64,000 nt of DNA from Lepidodermella squamata (taxonomy: Eukaryota > Animalia > Gastrotricha). The stretch lies in NCBI GenBank assembly GCA_047495785.1, contig JBLDXI010000004.1:2883462-2947461 (forward strand). The letters are read 5' to 3'. Shown here in pieces: positions 63,701-64,000 of this stretch. The position numbers and the translations under genes are program-made. The notes beneath the pieces were generated by a model. The model worked only from the letters and a program-made list of their open reading frames with translations. It was not told where the DNA came from and made no database searches. Position 1 is the stretch's first letter. Each line of letters starts with the position of its first letter.

Positions 63701-64000
63701 TATTATTCTGAGTTCGTTAACCCCAGGCAGGACTTGAAATCAGAGTAAAAAAACAAGGCCAACCAGTCTAATAAAAACCGCCCTGGCAAATAAGAATAAA
63801 AATTTGGCGACGAACTTATGACGTGTTATTGTTTCACAGCCTTCAGCGAGCGAAAATTGTAATGACACGTAATCCGTGTCCGTCTCTTTTTGCGCGTTGG
63901 CATGGCAACTGTCTTAAGACGTAGAAACGGTCTATTTTTAGCTTCTGCATTCAATTACAGCCCTCGTTATAGCTTTCCCTTGTTAAAAGACCGGGTCTGG

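Larger units (their letters stand above)
44317..64000. repeat. Giant near-perfect palindrome: left arm <=44317-54136, spacer 54137-54182, right arm 54183->64000
   Basis: Mirror ORF pairs have identical translations; coordinate sums are 108319 (inner) and 108317 (outer); the window end is the reverse complement of 44317 onward. Confidence 0.99.

Overview
Eukaryotic, almost certainly invertebrate animal, genomic DNA: AT-rich, with GT-AG introns of about 50-70 nt and dense transposon insertions. The ORF track mostly misses the main content, which is a cluster of paralogous multi-exon genes for secreted proteins. Each has a signal peptide and tandem 4-cysteine repeats encoded on small exons, then a different C-terminal module. 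Gene A (7301-16422, +) ends in C-type lectin domains and is partly damaged. Gene B (33765-28243, -) ends in one C-type lectin domain. Gene C (50727-41211, -) ends in two LamG/pentraxin-like domains. Pseudogene D is a lectin fragment. From 44317 to the window end the sequence is a near-perfect palindrome (arms >=9.8 kb, 46-bp spacer at 54137-54182) that duplicates gene C and D head-to-head. Its centre looks like a fold-back junction, so it is either a very young inverted duplication or an amplification/assembly chimera. Mobile DNA includes an intact Tc1/IS630-type (Gambol-like, DD32E) element with a second AT-hook/SANT-like gene, a MULE transposase interrupted by a hAT MITE, a GC-rich 5'-truncated LINE, and many MITEs and tRNA-derived SINE heads. 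There is also a small C2H2 zinc-finger gene with a PLNLS motif. All gene models were built by hand from splice signals and paralog alignment and need transcript confirmation.
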